Below are positions 50,714 through 64,000 of a stretch of DNA of 64,000 nucleotides, piece after piece. Numbering within the stretch: position 1 is the stretch's first letter; each line of letters starts with the position of its first letter. Where the stretch lies: assembly GCF_902459465.1 (NCBI RefSeq), contig NC_047062.1:14198001-14262000 (forward strand), written 5' to 3'. Made by a program: the position numbers and the translations under genes. Under the pieces are notes generated by a model. The model was not told the origin of the DNA. It did no database searches and worked only from the letters and a program-made list of their open reading frames with translations. The stretch comes from Asterias rubens. Its lineage: Eukaryota.

Positions 50714-50769
50714 TCCAAGAAAAATAAGCAGAACATGCTGTCGAGTGCGGAAATTTTTAGTGTAAACAA

Positions 50770-50935
50770 GTGCAAGTAAAAACTGTTGGATATGGAGAGC
50801 TACTTAGATGGATGAACCTTAAGTGCAAGCTTAAAGGCGTCAAGCGATTTGTACTCCGCTGGATCTACTGCTAGGCTATTCCAGTCCCGGATGGTACGTG
50901 GGAAGAAGGAGTTAGTAAACACTTTATTTAAAGGG
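50770..50935 (-). mobile_element. 5'-truncated non-LTR retrotransposon (L2/CR1/Daphne-like) 3' end
   Basis: Translates FTNSFFPRTIRDWNSLAVDPAEYKSLDAFKLAL, the typical C-terminus of L2/CR1-group ORF2 proteins. Confidence 0.8.
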
Positions 50936-52430
50936 ATTACGTTTATAAGATAAGTGTGACATAATTCCACTACAAGCCTTGCCCACTTCACACAAACCAG
51001 CTCCACTGATCACCAGAGACCCATATAGGACCCGCAATAAGCTATTTCTTTGATATGCAATTAAAAAATTAACATTTGGACTTTGATTGTGTCTACCAGA
51101 CACTTTGTAACCAAGTTATTTTCCATTTAAACATTTTATTTGTGTAGGCCTAGACCGCCCTAAGTGTTGTTTACGTATCTGCTGAAAAACTCCATACTCT
51201 ATTGCAACACTCTATACTTTTGTATTTATAATTATCCATAGTCGTGTGTAGTCTTTACAAGAAATAAAACACAGTGTTAGTTCTGAATCCCTGAATTTTC
51301 TGGTAACACGGAGTTACGAGACCCACGGAACTCCATGATGCCATGCCCCAGCTGACACCACATTGCTGACTCGGTACATTGTCAGTTAATTCATTTTTTG
51401 GGGGGTATTGTATTGACTGTGAGTGTGACACACGACTACCTAGGATTATTCTGATGGAAGATTTGTTTGAACAGTTACAGTAGTAGTGTGAACACTAGAC
51501 TAAGTTAGCCCTTATTCAACAGTTTACCCCAACCGTTTACACCTGGCTTAAACTATAAGTAAACCAGGGGGCTAAATTAAGTGTGGTGTGACTGTGAGTG
51601 TGACTGACTTTTTAGTCTTTACATTTAAGGGTACATACAATACAACATTCACAAAATCATAAAATGATAAATGATGATGTTGATGGCTATCTTCTGAGCA
51701 TGCACTAAACCGTTGTTTACTCAATTGAAACACTTACCAAACTCTTGACTTATAATATTAAGTTACCTTTTGTTAAGTCTTCAACCTTTCTTTCTCCCAA
51801 GAATATCTATCTAGGGCACCAAAATTGTGTACAAACAAGAGAGTAGAAAGTAGAATATTTTGCTCAAATCGCAGCGCCGCCCCAGCCAGCTGACCGCACA
51901 AAACACACAGATGAAAGATAATAACAGGAGAATCCCTAGTCAATAGAGGGCGGTATGTAGGACATCAATTTTTAGATCGTCTGCTGCATTATTGCTCTTC
52001 CTCTTCTCTCTCTCTACTCTCTGCATGACATTAATTCGATATTGTGTGGCTAAACTCGAAGGAACGAAGGATCATACTGGCACTTCCACTGCTGGATTTT
52101 AACGAAATCTTTTTTTTTCTGGAAAGATAAGTGGTAAGTATGCTTAATTTGTGTATCTGACAGTGTAATAAATTGTAAGGAACGCCATGATCCGTGCTCA
52201 TTGCATTGTATTGTGCAGTATTTATGCCACAAAAAAATCATATCTTAATTTACTAGTCTTGACTGCTGAACAGTGACAGGGAAATCATCATGAATGACTG
52301 CAAAGCAGACGTTTATTGCACCATGGAGATAGCACAGTCAAATGGAAGTTAATGGCACCCATGAAGCAAAATAATGGAACATTTGATTTGATACTAAAAA
52401 CTACAACCAGTCCATTAATTTACTAGCTAA

Positions 52431-52431
<1 letters not shown>

Positions 52432-52475
<44 letters not shown>
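52432..52475. repeat. (AACT)n microsatellite
   Basis: About 11 consecutive aact units. Confidence 0.95.
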
Positions 52476-52542
52476 GCTAACTAAAAACACAGTTGCCCAT
52501 CTTCGAAGTCGTTCCAGACTGATCCTATTCTATTGAATCAAG

Positions 52543-52706
52543 CATGTTATTTTCCTGTCTCTGTTATTAAACTTACAGTTTACATAATACTCTCAAGCCT
52601 AAATCAGTTGAATTTCTTAAGCATACTTACCATGTTATTTTCCTGTCTCTGTTATTAAACTTACAGTTTACATAATACTCTCAAGCCTACATCAGTTGAA
52701 TTTCTT
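52543..52706. repeat. Tandem duplication with 88-bp period
   Basis: catgttattttcctgtctctgttattaaacttacag...atcagttgaatttctt starts at 52543 and again at 52631. Confidence 0.9.
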
Positions 52707-55072
52707 CGCTTTGCTTTGTGTGTAGCCTCACTTTGACTCGCCACACGTAGTAGTAGTTGTGTTTTAGTTAAAGTGGGGCTACTCTGAGACAAGATAGTCG
52801 AGTGCAATACAAAATTTAGGGCAATTTCCTCTGTGTTTTAATAATATTGTATGAAGGAAGTCTAGTCATGCCAGTGGATTGGTCTACTAAAAACGGAGCG
52901 CTAGCAACAAGATTCGTAAAAATTGTGCTCTCATTACATTTTAAGACCGTTTACTAAATTCTTTTGCTATACTTGAGTAAGAACCTGCAGAGGTTTCCAC
53001 AAATTAATATTCCTTTTTAATTTATTTTTAAAACCTTATCATTCTTACACTCGGTAAAATTACTGGACCCTTTCCACCCAAAATATCCTAGGTACATGTA
53101 GTTCTATTGATTTGGGTAATGAATAAAAGTGTTTTTGATGTTTGTCCACCGTTGAAGTCGCAGCATTTACAAAATCTTAGTCGCAAAGACTTGTGATTCA
53201 GTTGTAAAAGTCAAAGAACATTTGATTTTTCCAAGAACTACATGTTGAAGTTACGCTTATCATTGGAACCAAGTGTAATTCCAGGAATAGTGCTTTTGCA
53301 CATTATAGTTCTCGATGACACCTCAGAGGTATGGACAATTCTCTGTGCACACTTATTTCCCTTACATAAATGGATTTGACCATCCCCTGCTGATGCGGTT
53401 GACTTTTGATGCCGTTGGTTCCGCCACAGAGTGCAAGTAAATTGCAGTTCAATCTGAGGGTGGTCACAGTTGATGATTATTAAAGAAGCCCAGGGCCTAG
53501 AGTTCCACACCAAGTTTTCTTTGATCAGTCTGACAATTAGTGTACACAATACAACGTGTGGATTAGGTTTTCAGTCCCTACTTGACTGTCTGGACGTGGA
53601 TTTTCCCTGGATTTTCCCTGGAACAATTCTTCTAAAACCAAAATTTCTTCAATGTCTTCTCTCATCTCATTTTGCTCAAATAAGAGCATTGAAAATCCTA
53701 ATCAATGTAGAACTGCACATTAATATTGATAACTAACCATTTGTTCTGTGATGATTGTTTGTTTGTTTGTTTTTTTCCCTCAGTCCCCTGATCAGTACTA
53801 ACCAAGGAATTTGTAGAGGAAAGATCGTTAAAAAATCAGAGCCAGACATACTGATTTTCAAACGTTTTGTTCTGAATTCTAGTGGACACTGTCGTGCAAA
53901 TGACAGTCTTGCAGCTTAACAAGGGGTTTTGCATCAAGCATGATTGACTTGAAAGCTAAAGCTGCACAAAACGCTAAAACTAAAGAGGTGAGTGTCATGT
54001 CTGGTGAAGTTTTAACATTCATTGTGTAGAGTAGGTAACTTAATAAGCCATTTGCGATTTTTATTTGAATAATGTGTGGTACAATGACTTGCTTTGTCAC
54101 AATTTACAATTTAATTCAGTAGACTATAGAGGCAGTTGCTAATTGCAAATGGTTCGGGGCAAGCCTTTGCATAGCAACCTCCAAATGAGCAAACCCAGGT
54201 ACTATTGTGCCACACATCTCTTACGTAACTATGCAAAAGCTTGCCCCATGTCATGTGACATAGCAACTTTCTTGATAAAAACATGGTAACTTGTGGTCAA
54301 GCACGTCATTGTACCAGACAATATTCAAATCTAACACGCAAATGGCTTATTGATTGAAGCGAAGGTGTGTTCAATAGTGGTCGAAAAATGTTGAACAACC
54401 ATGGATACAAAAAGTTTTGTTAAATTGGGAAATGATGCAAATTTGGGTTTATGACTTTTTTTCTCTGCATCGTATTATGTTTTTTTGTAATCAAAGATTT
54501 TCCCTCCTTCAGACAACTTCTTTCTCAATAGCCTTCTCCCCATTAACCATTTGTGTTGACCCGATCCTAACATCACTGATTGACTACTAACAGTGACACA
54601 TTTGTATAGCTAGAAGTACCGTAAATCAATATACATGTATTTATAATACACATTGGCAAAGACTTGCTATTTGCCAATGTGTATTTATAAGTAGCCCATT
54701 TTCCAGTCAGACTCATAATGCTTTCATTTTAAAACAGGGACACAGGACAAAAACATTGCAATAATTTAACAGTTGATTATTATTTGTTTGCATATTATTC
54801 ACCCAGTCACTGGGAATCTTTCCTAAATCCACTGAAATCCATCAGAATCCAACAAGTCTTAATATGGCACCTCAAAACTCAAATCTGCTGGGACTGATAC
54901 CTGGCCAGAGTAAAAAAAATAATTGTGTCTGACTGACTTGGTACAATACCTGTATTATAATCAACTGGATCTTGATGGATTTTGGCTAGTGACATTATGG
55001 TTCGTCTGATTTTTGAGGGCCATATACGTGTTATTTCTACCTTCATGGTGTTAGCAAGGAGCTATCCTTTAT

Positions 55073-55352
55073 AGCTCCATTGTGTTAGCTACCAATCTGT
55101 AGCTCCATTGTGTTAGTTACCAATCTGTAGTTCCATTGGGTTAGCTACCAATCTGTAGCTCCATTGTGTTAGCTACCAATCTGTAGTTCCATTGGGTTAG
55201 CTACCAATCTGTAGCTCCATTGTGTTAGCTACCAATCTGTAGCTCCATTGTGTTAGCTACCAATCTGTAGTTCCATTGGGTTAGCTACCAATCTGTAGCT
55301 CCATTGTGTTAGCTACCAATCTGTAGTTCCATTGGGTTAGCTACCAACCTGT
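55073..55352. repeat. 28-bp minisatellite, 10 units
   Basis: Unit ag(c/t)tccattg(t/g)gttagctaccaatctgt starts every 28 bp from 55073 to 55325. Confidence 0.95.
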
Positions 55353-58300
55353 GCACATGTGGTCCTTTCAGGTTTGTATTTCTACCTCCATGATACAAGG
55401 GTGTGAGTCTATATCTATGTCTGATCTGCATCTGCATCTGTTAGCAACTGTACAAACGCCTGGTGTGGCTATCATGTACGGATAAATAAAGTCAAATAAA
55501 GGCAGTTGGGCCACAGACTTGGATTACAATGACTTAAAATCTGCTTCAAGCTTGTATGTAAGGTTGATTGCTGTGTAGAGCGAACAATTTTCAAGCTCAA
55601 TCCACTTTCCATCACAAACACGCCAGGGATTGTGGCTTTTATTTCCCTTTCCTGTGCTATACAGTGGTCTGCCCCCATCAAGAATAAAAGTTTTGTCCTA
55701 TTGTGCAGCACTTTCTTTTAAAACCTGATTTTAAACCAGGTCTCTCACTGAGTATTCAAATGCATTGTGTCCCCCCCCCCCACCCAGTATCTTCCTTTTG
55801 AAACCCTATTGAAAACCACTGAGCCACTACATTCATGACACAATACCAGTTTGTATGGTAGAGGTCACACCCTCATGCTCGCAGTACACTGAATGTCTCT
55901 AGCTTTACATCATGTGCTTTACATCATGTGCCTACCATCGCCATTCTGTAGTTTAACATAGTCAAAAGTTAGCAGGAGTCCACTAAAGAACCCTTTATGA
56001 CAGTCATCAGCATAACATTTTGTAGGTAAGTGCCCAATTTTATCAAAACAGGGCTTGCCCAAAACCATAGACCAGGTTTACAGGTGTACAGTGTCTTACT
56101 TTAAACTGCTGTGGCCAACTACTTCTAACCCTACTAACCTGTAACGTGGAGGTACCTCCATGCCTGTAATTAACAACACTTCTTAACTTGTCGTGTGGGC
56201 TACTAAAAACTGTGCAACATTCACTACTTGTTTGTTATGCTCATACCATGTATCTTCCTTGACAATAACAGAATGAATAATGAATTTTTAAAATGTTAAT
56301 TTGGGTTTGGGTGTGTGAATATCTTCACTGGACCATTTAACAGGTTGTGATTGCACTACATTTATCAGAAAGGTATATATTTGACATAAAAATATAGTTT
56401 TAACTTCCTGGGGGCAAGTATTAATGCATGTAGTATACCCAAGCCCCATAACCTAAAAACGCAAAGCCTGAAAGTGAAGCTGGCAGAAACCTCTGTTTAA
56501 AACCATTATGGAGGTTACGTACAAGTGCTTTCCAGATAAAGTATTCCCTTGCGAAGCAAAATACTATACTTATATGTTATGTACATGTACCAGGACTACC
56601 ACTTGCTACAAAAAACATCATCTTTTATTTCTTCTCGATATTAGCAATCAGTTTGCACCAATGCGGTTGATATCTAAACATTTTGCTTTGCAAAATTGCT
56701 GACGATTTTTTTTATTTTTATTTATTTTTATTTATTGTACAATCTTGAGCCTTTCATTTGACTTTTGCATTGCCACTAAAAATATTTCACAGTCTACTGC
56801 ATTTCCGCGCACCATTCACTGCCAAGGATGTCCTCTTAAAAAAAAAAAACAATCAATGTCAGACATGACATTTAAACAATCTGAAGTTCACGCACAGTTT
56901 CTCATCATTTTGTATGAGAACTCAACATCAATATGTTGCATTTTCTTTTGTAGGAGGGATGTTTTTTTTTAAATATACATAATGTCCATTCATTATTTAC
57001 TAAAGCCAGTTAGTAATTAATGTAATATAACGGAATATCTATGCCTAAGAATTTGAAACACCAATGACATTATGGGTAAGTCTTTGTACAATATTGTTTA
57101 CATTAATGTTGTACAAAAAACATGTTAAGTCATGGCAGATGAAAGTTCATTTTTTGTGGTTCACTCACTGTCTGGTACGGTACCCATGGGGGATGTACCT
57201 CTTTGGTGTACCCATACCCATTACCCAAAACCGGGGGAAGACAGGTGATAGTGCACAATGAGAAGGTTCACTCCATCCACTTTATTTTGAAAAAAAAATG
57301 GGTTATAATATTTCATTCACCAATTTTTAAATGGATGGTTAATTTCCAGAGAAGAACTGTTTCTGTCGATAAGAAAAAGATGTAGGCCTACCTCATGTAC
57401 TTTTGTATGGATTGTTACAAAATTGATTAAAACACATATTATTTGCAATTTATGGAAGACAACAATTCAAAGCAGAATTTGTCCCATCCTTGGGAGCATT
57501 TTGTACATCATCTAGCATCGTCATATATGTTGTATGGTACAAGAGCACTGTATTTCCCTGCCAGTGGAAAGCCAGAGTCACCATTCATGGCTGCCTTGGG
57601 CAGATCAAAACAGGTGTTCAGTGCGTATGCTTCATTGCCTGACTTTCGGAAATGAACATGCGTTACAGCTCTATCTGTGTCATTGAGAATTATACAAAGA
57701 AGACTTCACTACCAATGCAGCGCTGCAGCCTTAAGCGAACACAAAATTAGGCTAAATTTCATCAATATAGGTTACTAAGAGTATGGTAGACAAGGCCACT
57801 TCCAAGAAAAACATTATTCAAATTACATACCAAATGTAGGCATATCATGGGAAGAAAACAGTGGGGTGTCTAAAGAACCAAGCATTAAGGACCAACAAAG
57901 TAATACAAATAAAAGGTGACTGCTATTTGCTTTTTAAACAACACGTTCTGAAAACCACTTGTGATATACACACTAGGGTTAGGGTTAAGGTTATGGAAAA
58001 TATATAATTCTGGAGGGCAGAACATACATGAAGGGGTGTCGGAACACAGGGGCTTAACCCAAACAAACAACACCCCCAGTGAACAATAACAAATAAAGAC
58101 AAAGAAATAAACATCCCACGCATCCATTGTTGACAGATACACAAACTGCCTGATGAACTGTCAGACAGACAATGGGACAAACAAACAGACAACACCACAC
58201 CCTAACTTTAAACCAGATCCTACAGTAGACTAAATATGCATACGAAATGTCAATAATTTAAATAATAACAAATAATGGGGACGGACACACCTTTATAAAA

Positions 58301-58400
58301 AAAGAGCATCATTAAGACATCACCCAACACGAGGCGATCACTCTTTGTTCTTGGAATTTAAAACATTCTCCTGTTTGGATACTAGTCAATGATGTTTTAA

Positions 58401-58832
<432 letters not shown>

Positions 58833-61800
58833 TAAGCAGAGCCATGAGTTGCCACCCAGTACATGTACAGTGAATCATGTAGGTCTAAGTGTCGCTTTTG
58901 TACAACACTGTGTACATTTTTTACCAGCTTTAAAAGTCCAGAATCTCATTTTCTACTGTGTGTTTCTTTATTTGTAGACCTCTTATTATAACAACGTTCC
59001 TGTTACATGTATGAAGAGGTAATTTAGATAGTCCCAACAACCTTGTTATAATGAGAGTGGCCAAATACATGTTTAATAGCAACAAAGAGCAAAAGAGGAT
59101 CGAATTTGTAATAAAATTGCTCTTGCGGTCTTCTCTTCATTTATTATGTGTGAAGTACATCTAGTGCTCCATGGTCAATGGTGCACTCTGTAAGAAAACC
59201 ATTAATTTAATGGGAGTTATATGCAACGATTGACATCGTGGAAAAATACATTTAAAAAACTCCTAAACCCCACTAGGCCTTTTTGCCTTCTGGTGATCTC
59301 AATCCTCCAATATCCTCCTCTTATACAATTAACAAGATAAAAACATCAAAGTCTAAGAAGACATAAATTAAACCGTAGTTACAAGATGGAAAATAACCAG
59401 AAAAAATGTAAAAGAACAACAAAAAGGAAATTATACACACAAGTTGCACATTAAGCAATTGGTATGTTGGCCTACAGCCCTCATCCAGTCTTTCTGAATA
59501 CTTCATTTCGATAAAACAGGATATTAGACAGATTTGGAGGGTAAGGGATATTATAAATTTTGATGTTTTCCTACATGCTGTAATAGCCTAGTGTGCTCGT
59601 ATTTGTAATTAATGGATCATCAACTGCTTAGTTTTAATGGACAATGTACGAAATTCTATGAGAATGCAAAATCTACAAAGAAATATTTGCCAAATTAGTA
59701 TATTTTTAAGTGCCAAAGATGATAATGCAGCTTGTTAAACAAAGTTTTTCTATAAATCTTTTGTTTAAAGTTACTTTATTTAGTTGAACACTTAAGGTGG
59801 AAGAGTTATGTACATTACAACATACAAGTTTTGCCAAAAATACAAAATTTCAGTAAATAATTTCTTGACATTGGAATATTAAAAGAGAAAGTGTTTCAAC
59901 TACATTTAAATGTATCATGATTGACTGAAAAGTGTAGCTGAACCGCCGCAGTGAACCACCGTGTTTCAACTGATGAATCCTAATGATGGACCAAAGACAG
60001 TTATCTTCGTACGCTTAATATTGATTCCATGGGAGGAGCAGTTTCCACTGTCTGGTTTCTGAGTAGACTCTTATGTTCTCTGATGGCAATAAGGCAATAA
60101 AGACAAGTGGTTCTGGGAATGCATGGAATTCATTCCCTTCTAGCGTAGCTGTGGTTTGGTTGCATTGATTCAAGTGCCAGAAGGAACAAAAAAATAAAGG
60201 GCAGCAGATATTTCTGAGGTTGTTGTCTATTTTAAATACACACATCCAATGGGACTGTTCTACACTGGTTCGATTTGCGTATTACCAAAGGCATCTCCTA
60301 TAAATGATGTTCACGTAACGCACTACATGTATACAATGGGTAGGCACGCTTTTAAAAAGTGTCAAAATAAATGGCAGAAACCCCATGTACAGGCAATAAT
60401 GAATTGGTCTAGGCTTGGACTCCAAGCGCCTGCCTGAGCTCTTGCTATGGCCTCCGTCATCAATTTTGGAGCCATGTGCAATTTTTATGGTGTTTTCAAC
60501 ATCAAACAGAGCCTGAAGTTCGGAGCCTTTTTAGCCGAGGTTTGGGAAAACGAGACTACAGCAGGGTGCAGTTTCACAGGGCGAACCTACAGGGTGAAAC
60601 TATCTAAAGGTTTTTTCAATGGATGGTGGATTATCCATCTCTGGCCTCAGGTTTGTCAACTGAATACAGCCATGGAACTGTGACAAAAGACTGCATAACG
60701 GATGGATAGATTTGGGTTATTTAACTAACAGTGTAAGAAGACTCAGTTACCTCAGGATTGACTTTCTGTTTAAAAGCAGGACAGGCAATAAAATACCTCA
60801 TTCTTGTTTTTGTTAACGGAAGGGTGATGCCATTCTTGGGGCTGTCTTGTTTGTGTTTATTTGTGCAATGAATTCTGAAAGTATACACACAACTGTGATA
60901 CCATTTTACAAAGTCATATACTCGCACCATATCAAAGCAATTGTCGTCTGCCATACAATGCATTGTAAATGTATGGTTCACTTGGCTTTGCTTCCTATTT
61001 TGAATAGTTCTTATGCACAGCTGAATACTGTGTAACCAATGTATTGTATTGTACAATACACTAAATGTACATTGTTCAGTAATACTACAACTCCTTTTTT
61101 CAATCTGATGATCAATTACACACTTTATTGGAACACTGAACAGAAACATAAAAATGGAGCAGGTTATTGTACAAAAGTGTGTACATCTAAACCACTTGCC
61201 AGCCTCAAAATGTGCATAAACATGATCGACAGTAGGTTGACTTACTGGTATATTTATGTAGACCTACATCACTGTAGTGATGCCAGAAACCCTGGTAACG
61301 ATTGCATGTACTACCAGTAGCATTTTGAGATTCAAGGTTGGACAGTTTTTGTGTCAAGGAGGCACAGCTTACTATGCACTTGTCTAATAATGATTATGAT
61401 GATGGCGTTTAAAGGTGGTCCAATAATCAGAAAGATATTCGTGCCAACCATCTACCACACAGGATCAATAAGGGCCAAGGGTGAGCCCAGTAGGGAGAGC
61501 CTGGGTTTGAGCTCTAGCCCTGTAAGGCTTTTTTGCAGTTTATTTTGGGGGAGAAAATTTTATCATTAATGTTTTTTAAAATAAAGTTGCACGTTGGCAC
61601 AACCTACAAAGATGTTGTTACATTTTCACTACAATTGCACTACATGTGAGCTCCTAAAAAATTTTTTTTTTTGAAAACTGGGAAAAATTGACTTGGTTGA
61701 AAAAAAGAAGAATATAACTAGAGGGTGAGTGGGACTTTTCTTTGTCCGACCTCGAAACTTAAAGAATCATTTACATGCAAGACTCACTTGCATTCAGTTG

Positions 61801-61893
61801 CATTGAAGTCTCAATGCGGTTCACGCTCATCATTCATTATTCAGTTCACATATCTTACAAGATGTACCTTTAGATGCTGTACAAATCTAATAA

Positions 61894-61993
61894 NNNNNNN
61901 NNNNNNNNNNNNNNNNNNNNNNNNNNNNNNNNNNNNNNNNNNNNNNNNNNNNNNNNNNNNNNNNNNNNNNNNNNNNNNNNNNNNNNNNNNNNN
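61894..61993. other. Assembly gap (100 N)
   Basis: Run of exactly 100 N; true size unknown. Confidence 0.99.
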
Positions 61994-62857
61994 TAATTTT
62001 AATGAGAAGGCGTTAGTTGTTACATGATGTTACATGTAGTACTTTTCATTACAATTGGTAATTTCTCAGTATTGCGCATTATTTGTAAAAAATATATAAA
62101 TTATGATTCTGTTTGATGTGTGGCACTTAAACAGGTATCAGCTGTTGCACACTACAGTGTATACTTATACAAAACATGCACTACAATAGTACATCTTGTA
62201 AGCTAATGGATTTGATTCCACTACATGTAATAACAAAGCATCTACAGGCTCATAGGATACCTTATCTTCCATGCTTAAAACCTGGGAAATATTTAATTAT
62301 TTGTCTGGCTGACGCTCATTCAATACGTTGTAATATTGCCAGTCCCTACAGCTGTAAAACAGTCATTTATATTGCTTTCTGCATCCAGAGTACTGTGCGT
62401 AGTACATCTACAGGACATTCCGTTTAATTATGACAATCATGACACTATAGACTGTTATTAATTATTTCTGTAAGGGCTGATAGGTTCGTGCTGTGTTCAT
62501 CTGAGGTAATATCTGTTAAAATTCGGAGAGAGTATTGCTAGAATAAAGAATTCTATCCATCAAGTGGTGTTTTCTTGATGATGGTGACAGTGACAGTTGG
62601 TCATCAGTGGTGAAAAAAAAACCCGACTTTATCTTTGGCCACAAACTCTTCATGTATGTCTTGTCATTGCAGTTCCAGACAGAATGAAGGCATATTTGCT
62701 GTCAGACTTGTGTGTTACTTGTACAAGTGTCTACTGTTTCTTCCTCCATGCGAGTCTGGCTGACATGTCCTGGCTCACATGTCCTGGCTCAATTCGACAA
62801 AGCACTTCGACAGTGTCTGAATTTGTGGCTACGGCTATGTAGCTAACTGTATGTTAA

Positions 62858-63233
62858 AGGCACTGGACACTATTGAGAATATTTTACTTGAAATAATTTT
62901 CAGCATAAAAATACTTGGGAACGAGCAATGGAGAGCTGCTGATAGTACAAGACATTGTGAGAAATGGCTCCCTCTGAAGTAACACAGTTTTAGAGATAAA
63001 AGTAATTTCTCACACAAATATGAAAAAACGAAGGAATAATGCCTTTTTTAGGCATCTGCTGAAATCACACAAATTTGTGCAATAAGGGTGTTTTTTCTTT
63101 CATTATTCTCTTGCAACTTTGATGAACAACTGAGTCAAAATTTTTGCAGGTTTGTTTACTTTTGTGCACAATGGTGGGATACATAATGGAGAATATACTG
63201 GTCTTTGACAGTTACCAAAGGTATCCATTGCCT
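62858..63233. mobile_element. Kolobok-like MITE, diverged copy
   Basis: ttaa|aggcactggacactattg ... accaaaggtatccattgcct|ttaa. Body homologous to 15978-16333. Confidence 0.75.
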
Positions 63234-64000
63234 TTAAAGTGTAGAACGCCCTCAAAAACACCCTTAGCAACAGCTGTAGCTGTATAACCACCTATCCGGA
63301 AACGGCATAAGATTCATTGTAAGATGAGTAGCCACTATGGTATTACCAGAAGTAATTTGTATTGTGGCCTCACACTTTGCTGGCTTTAAAGATTGATTTG
63401 CAGCAAGGATCAATCTTAGCTCTTTGTGAAAATCAAGCCCCGAGGACATGAACAACATTAAAACGCAAATGGTATATTTTTGTTAGTCATTAGTTCCAGG
63501 AATTTGCCCACGGATGCCATTTCTTTTTTTTAGCTGGAGGGTTCTTTTTTGACTGAGCTTTTTACAACCCACATCTAATCAATCAAGTGTTTACTCTTCA
63601 CCTGATGTGTTTCTAAACCTCCCTCTCACTGAACCATACACCAATGCCTCCACTACTTGGAAGAGAAAACTAAACAAAAAATGGGAGGTTGTATACATGT
63701 GTTAGCATGCACGGTTCATGTTAATATGTATTCCTAAACCATCCAGCCAATTGCACCATTACCCATACACAATTTTGTTCAGTATTTGAAAAGTTGAATA
63801 CAGGTGGCCTAATCAAGCATGGCTCATGCCTGTATTTATAATTTATGTATACACCTTGTACACTTGAAATTGATACAGTACGTGCGCATTCTCAAATATG
63901 CACACCTACAACATGTATTATGCATCCCTGTGGAGACTTCAGTACTATTGTTCTTGCCTTTGTCTCTGTACAAAACATCCTCTCTTAGACTTTATATACA

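Noticed and set aside
51720-52140. Bidirectional SRD5A/INAFM promoter
   Set aside because: Donor-like motifs exist on both strands, but SRD5A has its own NRF1-like element at 50704 and nothing links this region to the INAFM exon 6 kb away. Left unresolved.
55073-55352. CRISPR-like array
   Set aside because: Head-to-tail tandem units with no unique spacers, in a eukaryotic genome with no cas genes. It is a minisatellite.
57974-57993. Telomere-like TTAGGG repeats
   Set aside because: Only about three imperfect units embedded in repeat-like sequence. Not an interstitial telomere.
60410-60606. Neuropeptide-like string SLFSRGLGKR in an ATG-less plus-strand frame
   Set aside because: Single occurrence, no signal peptide, no repeated cleavage sites and no supported splice link. 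Likely chance.

Overview
AT-rich, intron-rich animal genomic DNA, most likely an invertebrate deuterostome. Echinoderm/sea-star is an inference from the SINE and MITE families and the gene content. Manual splicing gives seven protein-coding loci in strictly alternating orientation: (+) the last three exons of an unidentified gene (168-1614); (-) a 218-aa Ser/Arg/Lys-rich protein (7923-13041); (+) TEX43/SPMIP10 (13392-14525); (-) the kinetochore scaffold KNL1, 21 coding exons, 2039 aa, with a 4.1-kb MELT-repeat exon (17374-36031); (+) DCAF4/WDR21 (38446-45670); (-) steroid 5-alpha-reductase SRD5A1/2-like (47911-50536); (+) an InaF-motif protein exon (58485-58739). Introns and intergenic DNA carry many tRNA-derived SINEs, TTAA (Kolobok-like) and other MITEs, a LINE 3' end, Penelope-like hammerhead relics and minisatellites, plus a 100-N assembly gap. 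The most notable observations are: two minor-spliceosome (U12) introns in DCAF4, one of them AT-AC with in-frame U2-type sites nested in it; a KNL1 with 18 MELT-type motifs all followed by Cys at the position of the vertebrate SHT serine, plus a 147-bp tandem duplication giving four KI-like motifs; and an RFX X-box in the shared promoter of TEX43 and the RS-rich gene. No clearly new biological system was found. All identifications come from manual translation and recalled homologue motifs; no database search was run.
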